DNA from: Mytilus trossulus
Lineage: Eukaryota
Direction of reading: 5' to 3'
NCBI RefSeq assembly: GCF_036588685.1
Contig: NC_086376.1
Location: forward strand, 90,995,630-91,059,629
DNA length: 64,000 bases
Part shown: positions 39,901 through 53,500 of the stretch, in pieces
How the letters are laid out: the number at the start of each line of letters is the position of its first letter
Position numbering within the stretch: position 1 is the stretch's first letter
Translations under genes and position numbers: made by a program
The notes under the pieces: model-generated
Database searches by the model: none
Seen by the model: the letters and a program-made list of their open reading frames with translations, nothing else
What the model was told of the DNA's origin: nothing

Positions 39901-40810
39901 TGTTTTACCTTTCTGGAGCACCTGAGATCACTCAAGCTTTGGAAGGTATCGTGTTGCTCAGTCTTTCCTTTTCTATGTTGTGTTTTACCTTTCTGGAGCA
40001 CCTGAGATCACTCAAGCTTTGAAAGGTATCGTGTTGCTCAGTCTTTCCTTTTCTATGTTGTGTTTTACCTTTCTGGAGCACCTGAGACCACTCAAGCTTT
40101 GGAAGGTATCGTGTTGCTCAGTCTTTCCTTTTCTATGTTGTGTTTTACCTTTCTGGAGCACCTGAGACCACCCAAGCTTTGGAAGGTATCGTGTTGCTCA
40201 GTCTTTCCTTTTCTATGTTGTGTTTTACCTTTCTGGAGCACCTGAGATCACCCAAGCTTTGGAAGGTATCGTGTTGCTCAGTCTTTCCTTTTCTATGTTG
40301 TGTTTTACCTTACTGGAGCACCTGAGATCACCCAAGCTTTGGAAGGTATCGTGTTGCTCAGTCTTTCCTTTTCTATGTTGTGTTTTACCTTTCTGGAGCA
40401 CCTGAGGTCACTCAAGCTTTGGAAGGTATCGTGTTGCTCAGTCTTTCCTTTTCTATGTTGTGTTTTACCTTTCTGGAGCACCTGAGATCACCCAAGCTTT
40501 GGAAGGTATCGTGTTGCTCAGTCTTTCCTTTTCTTTGTTGTGTTTTACCTTTCTGGAGCACCTGAAACCTCTCAAGCTTTGGAAGGTATCGTGTTGCTCA
40601 GTCTTTCCTTTTCTATGTTGTGTTTTACCTTTCTGGAGTACCTGAAACCACTCAAGCTCTGGAAGGTATCGTGTTGCTCAGTCTATCCTTTTCTATGTTG
40701 TGTTTTATGCACTGTTGTTGTCTGTTGATATTTTCTTTTTTTAACCATTATCCGTTCATTTTCGACTTATGAGTTTGAAATTCCTTTTGTATCTTTTATG
40801 TGTCTTTTTT
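34000..40810 (+). mobile_element. Family A Penelope-like 3' fragment hosting the 80-bp array
   Basis: 34000-34300 and 40700-40810 join into one continuous copy matching the reverse complement of 58110-58450 and the terminus seen at 10865-11038. Confidence 0.85.
34225..40707. repeat. 80-bp tandem satellite, about 81 copies
   Basis: Unit ttacctttctggagcacctgagatcacccaagctttggaaggtatcgtgttgctcagtctttccttttctatgttgtgtt. There is a 1-bp deletion near 37018 and a 1-bp insertion near 38779. It produces the serial 61-aa ORFs. Confidence 0.98.
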
Positions 40811-41145
40811 TTTTAACCATTACAAGTAAATAAAGAATTTGAAAGTGAGGTTGTATGTCTTCATGTACACTATGTTATTTACACAGAAACAAATGCAAAA
40901 AAAACCGATTGCATTACAATATCTTGTAATATGTTGAACAGTTTTGAAAATGCATACTGTATATATATATGTAATAAAAAATACAGATAAACGACCGACA
41001 ATGGTGGTATAAAGTCACATTACAACTCCTTTTATCTCAATTTGAATTCCATTACTTTTATCTTAATGTGACAGATATCTTCATTCATAGTGACCCATCT
41101 TTATTTATATAATCGTTATGAAAGGTACAAGGATTATAATTTAAT

Positions 41146-41188
41146 ACGCCAGACGTGCGTTAGTCTACATAAGACTCATCAGTGACGC
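41146..41188 (-). ncRNA. Degenerate hammerhead (family 1B; GAAA lost) in element ~41115-41300
   Basis: gcgtcaCTGATGAgtcttatgtagacTAAcgcacgTCtggcgt. Confidence 0.7.
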
Positions 41189-41578
41189 TCAGATCAAAAC
41201 AGTTAAAAAGCCAAACAAATACAAAGTTGAAGAGCATTAAGAACCCAAAATTCCAAAAAGTTGTGCAAAATACGGCTAAGGTATTCTACTCCTGGGGGTA
41301 ACATCTTCTCTGCATTGTCAGCTATGTTTAACTCTGTCAGCGATGAAGTGCCAATTATGTTTGCATTAACCATGTTTGTTTTATTGGTATGCTTGATATG
41401 GATTTCGGAAACTTTTCTTAACCAGTCGACAATTCAATCCTCTTAGTAATGTTAAAAATCAAAGTATGTTTTCTATAGTTTCATAAAGTTATGTCACTTT
41501 AATTGAATTTCATTAATATATTTCACGATTTGTTCGCCTTCTAATTAGTTATCAAAGGTACCAGGATTTTAATTTAGT

Positions 41579-41622
41579 ACGCCAGACGCGCGTTACGTCT
41601 ACATAAGACTCATCAGTGACGC
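41579..41622 (-). ncRNA. Degenerate hammerhead (family 1B; GAAA to GTAA) in element ~41547-41685
   Basis: gcgtcaCTGATGAgtcttatgtagacGTAAcgcgcgTCtggcgt. Confidence 0.75.
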
Positions 41623-41844
41623 TCATATCAAAATATTTATAAAGCCAAACAAATACATAATTGAAGAGCATTGAGGATCCTAAAACCGTTCCGGAACCTC
41701 AGTTTCTTTCGATGGCCTGAAAGGCTCTTTTATAACTAACTGTTGCAAATGATCACATATTAATTGTGCTTTTCATTACAGAACTTTCTTGGTATTCCTA
41801 ATTATTGAAAGACTTTTATACACATAAGTATATTTTGGCTACGA

Positions 41845-41888
41845 GCATAACTGAAGAGACATGTATTGTCGAAATGCGCATCTGGTGC
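41845..41888 (+). ncRNA. Minimal type I hammerhead ribozyme, family 2 (AUC triplet)
   Basis: gcataa-CTGAAGA-gaca tgtat tgtc-GAAA-tgcgca-TC-tggtgc: full core, stem II gaca/tgtc, palindromic stem III atgcgcat, stem I with one mismatch. Confidence 0.8.
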
Positions 41889-42099
41889 AGGAAAATTGGT
41901 TCGTTAATGATAGTATACCTAAAACGACAAAATTATTTTTCATCTACCTGTATATATTATTAAAACCGTTTTTTTTTAAAGTTATTTTTTCGAAGGGTTT
42001 TATATTTCGCAGTGGTGTCTTACCATGGCTTTGTTTGGACTTTTTTGTTTGATTTTTGGTCTCAAATGTTTGTCCGTAATATTTACTTTTTTAACTGTG

Positions 42100-42562
42100 C
42101 ATTTGCATTCAGATATCGCAGATCAAATTTATTCGTTCATATTGTGTTAATTTACGTTTTCTGATTGAGTTAAGCCTGCCAATTTATATGTTATCGTGTT
42201 TCTTTCTATGTTGTGATGTTATGCTCTGAAGGTTTGGTACCATTAAAACGTCTAATCCCGCAGCAAATGATTGCACCCGTCCTAAGTCAGTCAGGAATCT
42301 GATGTATAGTAGTTGTCGTTTGTTTATGTAATTTATACGTGTTTCTCGTTTTTTCGTTTTTTATATAGATAAGACCGTTGGTTTTCCCGTTTGAATGGTT
42401 TAACACTAGTAATGTTGGGGCCCTTTATAGCTTGTGGTTCGGTGTAGGCAAAGACTCCGTATTGAAGGCTGTAAATTTACCAATAATGGTTTACTTTTTA
42501 GAAATTGTTATTTGGGTGAAGAGTTGTCTCATTGGCACTCACACCACATCTTCCTATATCTA
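42100..42562 (+). mobile_element. Family C dispersed repeat (probable retroelement 3' end)
   Basis: Paralogue of 30975-31650; ends ccacatcttcctatatctat. Confidence 0.75.
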
Positions 42563-42605
42563 TTTTCATTTATATTCAATAGAAATATTAAATTACACTT
42601 ACTAT

Positions 42606-42756
42606 AATTATCCATTTTAAGTCGGTAACGTTCTCTTGTCACCATCTTACGGTGTTTATATATCACAATTTGTACGATTCGCTCGGGTATGTAACAACTT
42701 TTTAGATTTTTAATAGAGAAATTTATGTATTATTGAAAAGCTGTTACACCAGGGTT
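42606..42756 (+). pseudogene. Thumb-domain fragment of another Naiad-type RT
   Basis: Translates NYPF*VGNVLLSPSYGVYISQFVRFARVCNNFLDF...EKLLHQG, homologous to the thumb at 24690-24840. Confidence 0.8.
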
Positions 42757-43254
42757 CTAATGTCTGCGATTAAAACATGAGGTGCAAAATCGGTGATTTA
42801 ACGTGTTTAAACGTTGAAAATCTGTATCGATACATTGATATCATTTCGTCTACATTATAGCGAAGAAACTTCACGTTCCGTAATATAGCGTTACTGATGT
42901 AAACACGTTCTCCACAGCCCCGACGGCAAGGGATTTCCTCAAAATTAGTTTCCATATGATGTACAAGCTTTTCAGGTTTGTAACTTGTTTATCTTATCAA
43001 GTTTTACCAATTGTTTTTTTACATTTTGTTAACGTGTGGGCTCTAGTGCTGTCTATACCGTACCCGAGTAATCTGCTTCCGTTACCCGGAAGCTTGCACC
43101 ATTGAAGGTATTGGAGGGCGAGCTGATGAGCAGGGCTCAGTGACAAAACAATTTGAAACAGTGAAGACTTTATTCGAATTTTAGACGAATTTGACACGAA
43201 GATTAAAGCGCTGTTTATTTTACTTACTTTTATACTGATGCAGTCCTTTTTAAA

Positions 43255-43480
43255 AGTAAAATAAAAAATAACGAACTTCCGAGGAAAATTCACAAAGGAA
43301 AGTCTGTATTCAAATGGCAAAATCAAAAGCTCAAACACATCAAACGAATGGATAACAAATGTAATATTCCTGACCTGGAACAGGCCTTTGTAGAAAATGG
43401 TGGATTTACATGTTTTTTTTATATCTAGCTAAACCTCTCACTTATATGACAGTCGCATTTATTTCCATTACATTGACAAC
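43255..43480 (-). mobile_element. Family B 3'-terminal fragment
   Basis: Reverse complement of 26270-26488. Confidence 0.8.
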
Positions 43481-44394
43481 TTCATAATTAATAAGTATTC
43501 ATAGCAAACAAAAGTCATAAGTTATTCGTTCTTGATGCCATAAGTATCTCGACCCTGAGAATCTGCTATGAAAAAGCTGTTAATATTCTATCGATTATCA
43601 AAGCAACGGATGTTTGTAAATCAACAAAATACATAAGCACCTTGAACATTTCAAGGTTATATATTAGAGGTTTAGAAGTTCAATACAAACCTGGGTGACA
43701 TTGGAAACATCAGTATACGTGTAGCACTGGAATTAATAATACACAGACTTTCGAGGATATCTTTGAATGTGTTTACCTACAGTGTATCAAAATGCCTCAA
43801 ACTGACAATATAATCAAATCCATCCATCAGATTAATGTTGGTAAAGTTCGAGGTTTACATTATTTACATCAATGGTACACACAAAAGAATTCAAATTTGT
43901 TGTTTTCATAATTGGTATAACAAATTGACAATCTTTATAGTAGTATTCATTTACTGCAATCATGTAGGGAGACAAAACAATAATTAAAAGTCTTTAATAT
44001 AACTGTTCACGAAGACATTAATATTAATACCGCGTAACAAAAGAACCAAAAAAATTATTTCGAAAAACATATAACAAAAAAAAAACCAAAAAAACCCCAA
44101 TTAAACCCCCTCTTCAAAAAACCCCAACCCAAAACAACACAAATGAATTAATTATTAAAAAAGTTTAATTAGAGTAACTAGCCTGTGAGATATATTATTA
44201 TGGTTTGTAAAGGTGTTTATTATCTGGGTAAGGATACTATGGCCTTCTTTTTTGGAACTTTTTTCATCTTTCATGCCGTAACCTTATGTAGCTAACTAAA
44301 CGATAAGGCTTTTGTTCATTCATGATCGCCATACTCTGAATTATGTTTGCCTAAAACTGTACAGAAAAACGTTGAAATAAGTGCTAAAACATCT

Positions 44395-44955
44395 TAGTAA
44401 AGGTGTAATAGTCTGGTTGAAAAACAGATTAAACCCAATTACATTATAGGTCATAACTGACGAATGTTAAGGCCTAAAAACAGTTCCTTTTATAGTTTTG
44501 AAATATTGAATTACAATGCTTTATTACTGAAGGCCAAAAAAAAAGGGTTAAAATTGGTGCAATCAAAACAATTGGTAAAGGTGTGATTGTTTGGTGGAAA
44601 ATAAAAATAAAAGTGAAACAGAAACAGAAATACAATATCGGCCATGATTGACGAATGTTAAGGCCTATAAACAGTTTCATTGATAATTTTATATTTAAAA
44701 AAAACCAGTTTGTTAACAATGGAAATCATAACACATCTCTTACTTAACACCTATTGTTTTTCATTTGACACGTTCAAGTAAGTGGTACAGATATAAACCT
44801 TTCAAATAGGCGCTATCAAACAAGTCTGCAAAGGTGTAATAATATGGTTGAAAATGAAAAGAAGTCTGGTTTATAATGAAAAGAAAGGTTAGACCAAAAT
44901 ATATTATAGGTCGTGATTGACGAATTTTAAGGCCTGAAAACAGTTCCATTCATAA
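44395..44955. repeat. Degenerate tandem repeat, about 3 units of 180-280 bp
   Basis: aaggtgt.at...tggt.gaaa...tgacgaat.ttaaggcct..aaacagtt recurs at ~44400-44487, ~44578-44678 and ~44831-44948. Confidence 0.7.
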
Positions 44956-45042
44956 TGTTATAGTTTGAACATATTCGGAATTTTGGATTCTCAATGCTCT
45001 TCAACTGTGTACTTGTTTGGCTATCTAAATATTTTGATATGA

Positions 45043-45086
45043 TCGGCACTGATGAGTCTTATGTAGACGAAACGCGCGTCTGGCGT
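45043..45086 (+). ncRNA. Hammerhead (family 1B), intact core, weakened stem I, in element ~44975-45119
   Basis: tcggca-CTGATGA-gtcttatgtagac-GAAA-cgcgcg-TC-tggcgt. Confidence 0.8.
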
Positions 45087-47529
45087 ACTCAATTATAATC
45101 CTGGTACCTTTAATAACTATTGTATACTGTGAAAGAAATGGATTGAAACCAAAAAAACTATACATATGAAGTACGCTCCGAATTACAGTATATAGCAATA
45201 CAATGCTAATATGAACATGCAATATTCCGCCTATGGGAAAGACAACACTAGGCATTTGATTCCCGGCTTGGTATGATAATGACATAATATATTAGCCAAC
45301 AAGCACCACCAAACTCTCATTTATAGTCCGAGAACAAATCAAAACTGAGGACGATGAACGATGAAAGAAAGAAAAAAGTTTCCTAAATGCTGTAAGCCCT
45401 TAAAAGTTGTAGGAACATAGTAATAGGGTTTTAAAAATAGAGTTGACATATTTTAATGATTAGGACGTTTGACGACAAGTGTTACATATTACAGGATTAT
45501 CTGGATTTTACCATGTCAAGGTGCAATGTGCAATGAACATGGAAACGAATTTTGTTATAAGCCTAATACCTAGCATGTCGTTATGTTCTAGTGTATTGTT
45601 TATTTGTATATTTCTCTGTTCTGAATGTTCTTTCATTTATTATAATCCTAACATGTAAGAATGTTATATTTAACATTGCCATAAAAGCGAGAAGTTAGGC
45701 TAGCAAATTCAGATTCTTTTTATGAAAATGAACTGTACCATGTCAGGAAAATGACATTGTTATCTTAGCTTGTTTTTGTGTGTGTTGCATTGTCGTTTGT
45801 TTTTGTTGCACTTTAGTGTTTCTGTTGTTTCGTTGTTTTCCTCTTTTATTTGATGTGTTCCCCTCGGTTTTAGTTTGTAACCCGGATTTATTTTCTTTCT
45901 ATCGATTTATGACTTTCGAACAGCGGTATATTACTGTTGACTTTATTAAGGTTGAACAGCGGTATACTACTGTTGACTTTATTTATGCTGTATACTAACA
46001 ATTGCAAGCCAAGCCGAATGTTACGTGTATGTTGACAAGGAAACAGTCCATGTGACGACATGACACTTGCCCGGCAAATTATTGTAATTCAGAATAGACA
46101 TGCACTCTATCCGCATTGTGCATGACTACCAGAGAAGCAGCAAATAGCCATTTGATATTTTAGGTGTGTCACCGATATAGCCGGGTAAAATGGCGTTCCG
46201 GCTAAATGTAAATCAAGAAGGAAGATTTCGCTCCTTAAACTTTTATTTTAGCAGTCCGGAAAAACCGAACAACAAACTCAAAACTAAATGTAATGTAACA
46301 TACAAACAATAACAATATATATAAGCACAAGGAATTACAGGATTAAGCAGATTAACAGATGACAAATTAGAAATAACAATAGATTAAAAGAGTAATTAGT
46401 GTCCGACACGTATTTGTAAACCATAGTCCAAACTGTCACAGAGAATAAATAATGAAATAAATAGAGTAAATGCATTCAAGGCCTAAATTTACGACAAAGT
46501 CTAGATAAATGCAAAACCTAAATATACATTAAATCAATTGAATAACTAAAATGTTGTTTAAAAACTAATTTTATTGCACAGTCTAAATAGTCCGGTCATA
46601 CCACCCCGGATCGGTTAAACAAGACCCTGAACATACGAGTTACATGATTGCATTAGCCGACTTTATATACAAATGTGTGTGGCCAAGTGTACGTTATTTG
46701 CATGTTTATTTTTCGAACTTTGTTTAAAAAATTGAAAATAAGACATTTGGTGCATTATATTTTCAGATGTCCAAACAATAAAAAATGGTGTAACAGTTCC
46801 ATACAATGTTTGAACAATTTGACGAACATGATTTGTTTTATTTTTCGCGACCAAGCCCGCATCCTTTTGCTAAAACATGATCGCATAATGACCAGCACTT
46901 TTCCCGTTTAATAATATACAATTTAAATGAGGCGCTTAATAGATTATTCCATCAACTCACTTTCAAAACATTTTCAGAAAACTAGCACCAACTTTAATTG
47001 TCCATGATGGTCGAACCGTCGAGCGGTTTCATAAAAGAAAAAAAAATAAAAGAAAATATAAAGACTTTATAAGCAAATTAAATCAGAGCAACAACTTCTA
47101 CGAGTGAGGAAGAATGTCCGCAATTATTAGTCGTATGTTTATTAAATGTCTTAACCGATTCATTTTCTACAGACCAAATTAAGTGACTGATCGCAGACTC
47201 TTTATTGTTGACGTTCTGAAATCTGCATCGTAGCCATTACTATTATTTTTACGCGAAGGCTCTGCAATATTTTCAAGGAAATGTTTTTTTTTTTGAAGAC
47301 ATATAAACGTTTTATTCCTAAATATTTCCTGTGTACAATTACCTTAGTCGTCCAGGATCAGGCTAAGGGTCCCTGTTTACAAAAATAAACCATCTATCCA
47401 GGGGATAATTATAATTATAGGGTACCCACATAAAAGATGTGTATAATTATAGGGTACCCACATAAAAGATGTGCATCAAGGAAATGTTTAAAATATTCTA
47501 GATTAATACAAATTTGTAGCAATAGATCA

Positions 47530-50500
47530 CTTACCACTTGAAATCCTTGGCCAATATATCCCTGATAATCAACAACCGTGCATCAAAAAGGTCATGATAG
47601 GAAACACAATTCTGGAACTGCGAATCAACTTGGTAATAATTTCTCAGTTGGAGCTGCTGCTGTAATTTTGCTACATAGAAATTGTCATGATATGAGACAC
47701 AATTACCTGTATATGTTGTATCCTTAATTTCGAAGGGAACGAGTATACGTCAATCATTGACACCAAACCTTTGAAAAGTTGTCATCTATATATGGAACGT
47801 CAGGTTCTAGGATGATGCTAACATTAGTTAGTTCTTCCTTTGAAGCTACATCTATATATGGAACGTCAGGTTCTAGGATGATGCTAACATTAGTTAGTTC
47901 TTCCTTTGAAGCTACATCTATATATGGAACGTCAGGTTCTAGGATGATGCTAACATTAGTTAGTTCTTCCTTTGAAGCTACATCTATATATGGAACGTCA
48001 GGTTCTAGGATGATGCTAACATTAGTTAGTTCTTCCTTTGAAGCTACATCTATATATGGAACGTCAGGTTCTAGGATGATGCTAACATTAGTTAGTTCTT
48101 CCTTTGAAGCTACATCTATATATGGAACGTCAGGTTCTAGGATGATGCTAACATTAGTTAGTTCTTCCTTTGAAGCTACATCTATATATGGAACGTCAGG
48201 TTCTAGGATGATGCTAACATTAGTTAGTTCTTCCTTTGAAGCTACATCTATATATGGAACGTCAGGTTCTAGGATGATGCTAACATTAGTTAGTTCTTCC
48301 TTTGAAGCTACATCTATATATGGAACGTCAGGTTCTAGGATGATGCTAACATTAGTTAGTTCTTCCTTTGAAGCTACATCTATATATGGAACGTCAGGTT
48401 CTAGGATGATGCTAACATTAGTTAGTTCTTCCTTTGAAGCTACATCTATATATGGAACGTCAGGTTCTAGGATGATGCTAACATTAGTTAGTTCTTCCTT
48501 TGAAGCTACATCTATATATGGAACGTCAGGTTCTAGGATGATGCTAACATTAGTTAGTTCTTCCTTTGAAGCTACATCTATATATGGAACGTCAGGTTCT
48601 AGGATGATGCTAACATTAGTTAGTTCTTCCTTTGAAGCTACATCTATATATGGAACGTCAGGTTCTAGGATGATGCTAACATTAGTTAGTTCTTCCTTTG
48701 AAGCTACATCTATATATGGAACGTCAGGTTCTAGCATGATGCTAACATTAGTTAGTTCTTCCTTTGAAGCTACATCTATATATGGAACGTCAGGTTCTAG
48801 CATGATGCTAACATTAGTTAGTTCTTCCTTTGAAGCTACATCTATATATGGAACGTCAGGTTCTAGCATGATGCTAACATTAGTTAGTTCTTCCTTTGAA
48901 GCTACATCTATATATGGAACGTCAGGTTCTAGGATGATGCTAACATTAGTTAGTTCTTCCTTTGAAGCTACATCTATATATGGAACGTCAGGTTCTAGGA
49001 TGATGCTAACATTAGTTAGTTCTTCCTTTGAAGCTACATCTATATATGGAACGTCAGGTTCTAGGATGATGCTAACATTAGTTAGTTCTTCCTTTGAAGC
49101 TACATCTATATATGGAACGTCAGGTTCTAGGATGATGCTAACATTAGTTAGTTCTTCCTTTGAAGCTACATCTATATATGGAACGTCAGGTTCTAGGATG
49201 ATGCTAACATTAGTTAGTTCTTCCTTTGAAGCTACATCTATATATGGAACGTCAGGTTCTAGGATGATGATAACATTAGTTAGTTCTTCCTTTGAAGCTA
49301 CATCTATATATGGAACGTCAGGTTCTAGGATGATGCTAACATTAGTTAGTTCTTCCTTTGAAGCTACATCTATATATGGAACGTCAGGTTCTAGGATGAT
49401 GCTAACATTAGTTAGTTCTTCCTTTGAAGCTACATCTATATATGGAACGTCAGGTTCTAGGATGATGCTAACATTAGTTAGTTCTTCCTTTGAAGCTACA
49501 TCTATATATGGAACGTCAGGTTCTAGGATGATGCTAACATTAGTTAGTTCTTCCTTTGAAGCTACATCTATATATGGAACGTCAGGTTCTAGGATGATGC
49601 TAACATTAGTTAGTTCTTCCTTTGAAGCTACATCTATATATGGAACGTCAGGTTCTAGGATGATGCTAACATTAGTTAGTTCTTCCTTTGAAGCTACATC
49701 TATATATGGAACGTCAGGTTCTAAGATGATGCTAACATTAGTTAGTTCTTCCTTTGAAGCTACATCTATATATGGAACGTCAGGTTCTAGGATGATGCTA
49801 ACATTAGTTAGTTCTTCCTTTGAAGCTACATCTATATATGGAACGTCAGGTTCTAGGATGATGCTAACATTAGTTAGTTCTTCCTTTGAAGCTACATCTA
49901 TATATGGAACGTCAGGTTCTAGGATGATGCTAACATTAGTTAGTTCTTCCTTTGAAGCTACATCTATATATGGAACGTCAGGTTCTAGGATGATGCTAAC
50001 ATTAGTTAGTTCTTCCTTTGAAGCTACATCTATATATGGAACGTCAGGTTCTAGGATGATGCTAACATTAGTTAGTTCTTCCTTTGAAGCTACATCTATA
50101 TATGGAACGTCAGGTTCTAGGATGATGCTAACATTAGTTAGTTCTTCCTTTGAAGCTACATCTATATATGGAACGTCAGGTTCTAGGATGATGCTAACAT
50201 TAGTTAGTTCTTCCTTTGAAGCTACATCTATATATGGAACGTCAGGTTCTAGGATGATGCTAACATTAGTTAGTTCTTCCTTTGAAGCTACATCTATATA
50301 TGGAACGTCAGGTTCTAGGATGATGCTAACATTAGTTAGTTCTTCCTTTGAAGCTACATCTATATATGGAACGTCAGGTTCTAGGATGATGCTAACATTA
50401 GTTAGTTCTTCCTTTGAAGCTACATCTATATATGGAACGTCAGGTTCTAGGATGATGCTAACATTAGTTAGTTCTTCCTTTGAAGCTACATCTATATATG

Positions 50501-53500
50501 GAACGTCAGGTTCTAGCATGATGCTAACATTAGTTAGTTCTTCCTTTGAAGCTACATCTATATATGGAACGTCAGGTTCTAGCATGATGCTAACATTAGT
50601 TAGTTCTTCCTTTGAAGCTACATCTATATATGGAACGTCAGGTTCTAGCATGATGCTAACATTAGTTAGTTCTTCCTTTGAAGCTACATCTATATATGGA
50701 ACGTCAGGTTCTAGCATGATGCTAACATTAGTTAGTTCTTCCTTTGAAGCTACATCTATATATGGAACGTCAGGTTCTAGGATGATGCTAACATTAGTTA
50801 GTTCTTCCTTTGAAGCTACATCTATATATGGAACGTCAGGTTCTAGGATGATGCTAACATTAGTTAGTTCTTCCTTTGAAGCTACATCTATATATGGAAC
50901 GTCAGGTTCTAGGATGATGCTAACATTAGTTAGTTCTTCCTTTGAAGCTACATCTATATATGGAACGTCAGGTTCTAGGATGATGCTAACATTAGTTAGT
51001 TCTTCCTTTGAAGCTACATCTATATATGGAACGTCAGGTTCTAGGATGATGCTAACATTAGTTAGTTCTTCCTTTGAAGCTACATCTATATATGGAACGT
51101 CAGGTTCTAGGATGATGCTAACATTAGTTAGTTCTTCCTTTGAAGCTACATCTATATATGGAACGTCAGGTTCTAGGATGATGCTAACATTAGTTAGTTC
51201 TTCCTTTGAAGCTACATCTATATATGGAACGTCAGGTTCTAGGATGATGCTAACATTAGTTAGTTCTTCCTTTGAAGCTACATCTATATATGGAACGTCA
51301 GGTTCTAGGATGATGCTAACATTAGTTAGTTCTTCCTTTGAAGCTACATCTATATATGGAACGTCAGGTTCTAGGATGATGCTAACATTAGTTAGTTCTT
51401 CCTTTGAAGCTACATCTATATATGGAACGTCAGGTTCTAGGATGATGCTAACATTAGTTAGTTCTTCCTTTGAAGCTACATCTATATATGGAACGTCAGG
51501 TTCTAGGATGATGCTAACATTAGTTAGTTCTTCCTTTGAAGCTACATCTATATATGGAACGTCAGGTTCTAGGATGATGCTAACATTAGTTAGTTCTTCC
51601 TTTGAAGCTACATCTATATATGGAACGTCAGGTTCTAGGATGATGCTAACATTAGTTAGTTCTTCCTTTGAAGCTACATCTATATATGGAACGTCAGGTT
51701 CTAGGATGATGCTAACATTAGTTAGTTCTTCCTTTGAAGCTACATCTATATATGGAACGTCAGGTTCTAGGATGATGCTAACATTAGTTAGTTCTTCCTT
51801 TGAAGCTACATCTATATATGGAACGTCAGGTTCTAGGATGATGCTAACATTAGTTAGTTCTTCCTTTGAAGCTACATCTATATATGGAACGTCAGGTTCT
51901 AGGATGATGCTAACATTAGTTAGTTCTTCCTTTGAAGCTACATCTATATATGGAACGTCAGGTTCTAGGATGATGCTAACATTAGTTAGTTCTTCCTTTG
52001 AAGCTACATCTATATATGGAACGTCAGGTTCTAGGATGATGCTAACATTAGTTAGTTCTTCCTTTGAAGCTACATCTATATATGGAACGTCAGGTTCTAG
52101 GATGATGCTAACATTAGTTAGTTCTTCCTTTGAAGCTACATCTATATATGGAACGTCAGGTTCTAGCATGATGCTAACATTAGTTAGTTCTTCCTTTGAA
52201 GCTACATCTATATATGGAACGTCAGGTTCTAGCATGATGCTAACATTAGTTAGTTCTTCCTTTGAAGCTACATCTATATATGGAACGTCAGGTTCTAGCA
52301 TGATGCTAACATTAGTTAGTTCTTCCTTTGAAGCTACATCTATATATGGAACGTCAGGTTCTAGCATGATGCTAACATTAGTTAGTTCTTCCTTTGAAGC
52401 TACATCTATATATGGAACGTCAGGTTCTAGCATGATGCTAACATTAGTTAGTTCTTCCTTTGAAGCTACATCTATATATGGAACGTCAGGTTCTAGGATG
52501 ATGCTAACATTAGTTAGTTCTTCCTTTGAAGCTACATCTATATATGGAACGTCAGGTTCTAGGATGATGCTAACATTAGTTAGTTCTTCCTTTGAAGCTA
52601 CATCTATATATGGAACGTCAGGTTCTAGGATGATGCTAACATTAGTTAGTTCTTCCTTTGAAGCTACATCTATATATGGAACGTCAGGTTCTAGGATGAT
52701 GCTAACATTAGTTAGTTCTTCCTTTGAAGCTACATCTATATATGGAACGTCAGGTTCTAGGATGATGCTAACATTAGTTAGTTCTTCCTTTGAAGCTACA
52801 TCTATATATGGAACGTCAGGTTCTAGGATGATGCTAACATTAGTTAGTTCTTCCTTTGAAGCTACATCTATATATGGAACGTCAGGTTCTAGGATGATGC
52901 TAACATTAGTTAGTTCTTCCTTTGAAGCTACATCTATATATGGAACGTCAGGTTCTAGGATGATGCTAACATTAGTTAGTTCTTCCTTTGAAGCTACATC
53001 TATATATGGAACGTCAGGTTCTAGGATGATGCTAACATTAGTTAGTTCTTCCTTTGAAGCTACATCTATATATGGAACGTCAGGTTCTAGGATGATGCTA
53101 ACATTAGTTAGTTCTTCCTTTGAAGCTACATCTATATATGGAACGTCAGGTTCTAGGATGATGCTAACATTAGTTAGTTCTTCCTTTGAAGCTACATCTA
53201 TATATGGAACGTCAGGTTCTAGGATGATGCTAACATTAGTTAGTTCTTCCTTTGAAGCTACATCTATATATGGAACGTCAGGTTCTAGGATGATGCTAAC
53301 ATTAGTTAGTTCTTCCTTTGAAGCTACATCTATATATGGAACGTCAGGTTCTAGGATGATGCTAACATTAGTTAGTTCTTCCTTTGAAGCTACATCTATA
53401 TATGGAACGTCAGGTTCTAGGATGATGCTAACATTAGTTAGTTCTTCCTTTGAAGCTACATCTATATATGGAACGTCAGGTTCTAGGATGATGCTAACAT

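Noticed and set aside
34184-40728. Dozens of 61-aa ORFs resembling a peptide gene array
   Set aside because: Artefact of an 80-bp unit cycling through frames; mostly GTG/TTG starts; the sequence is a retroelement 3' UTR.
47528-47712. Minus-strand host exon with gtaagt/gtaatt donors
   Set aside because: The sequence is better explained as decayed RT thumb coding DNA.
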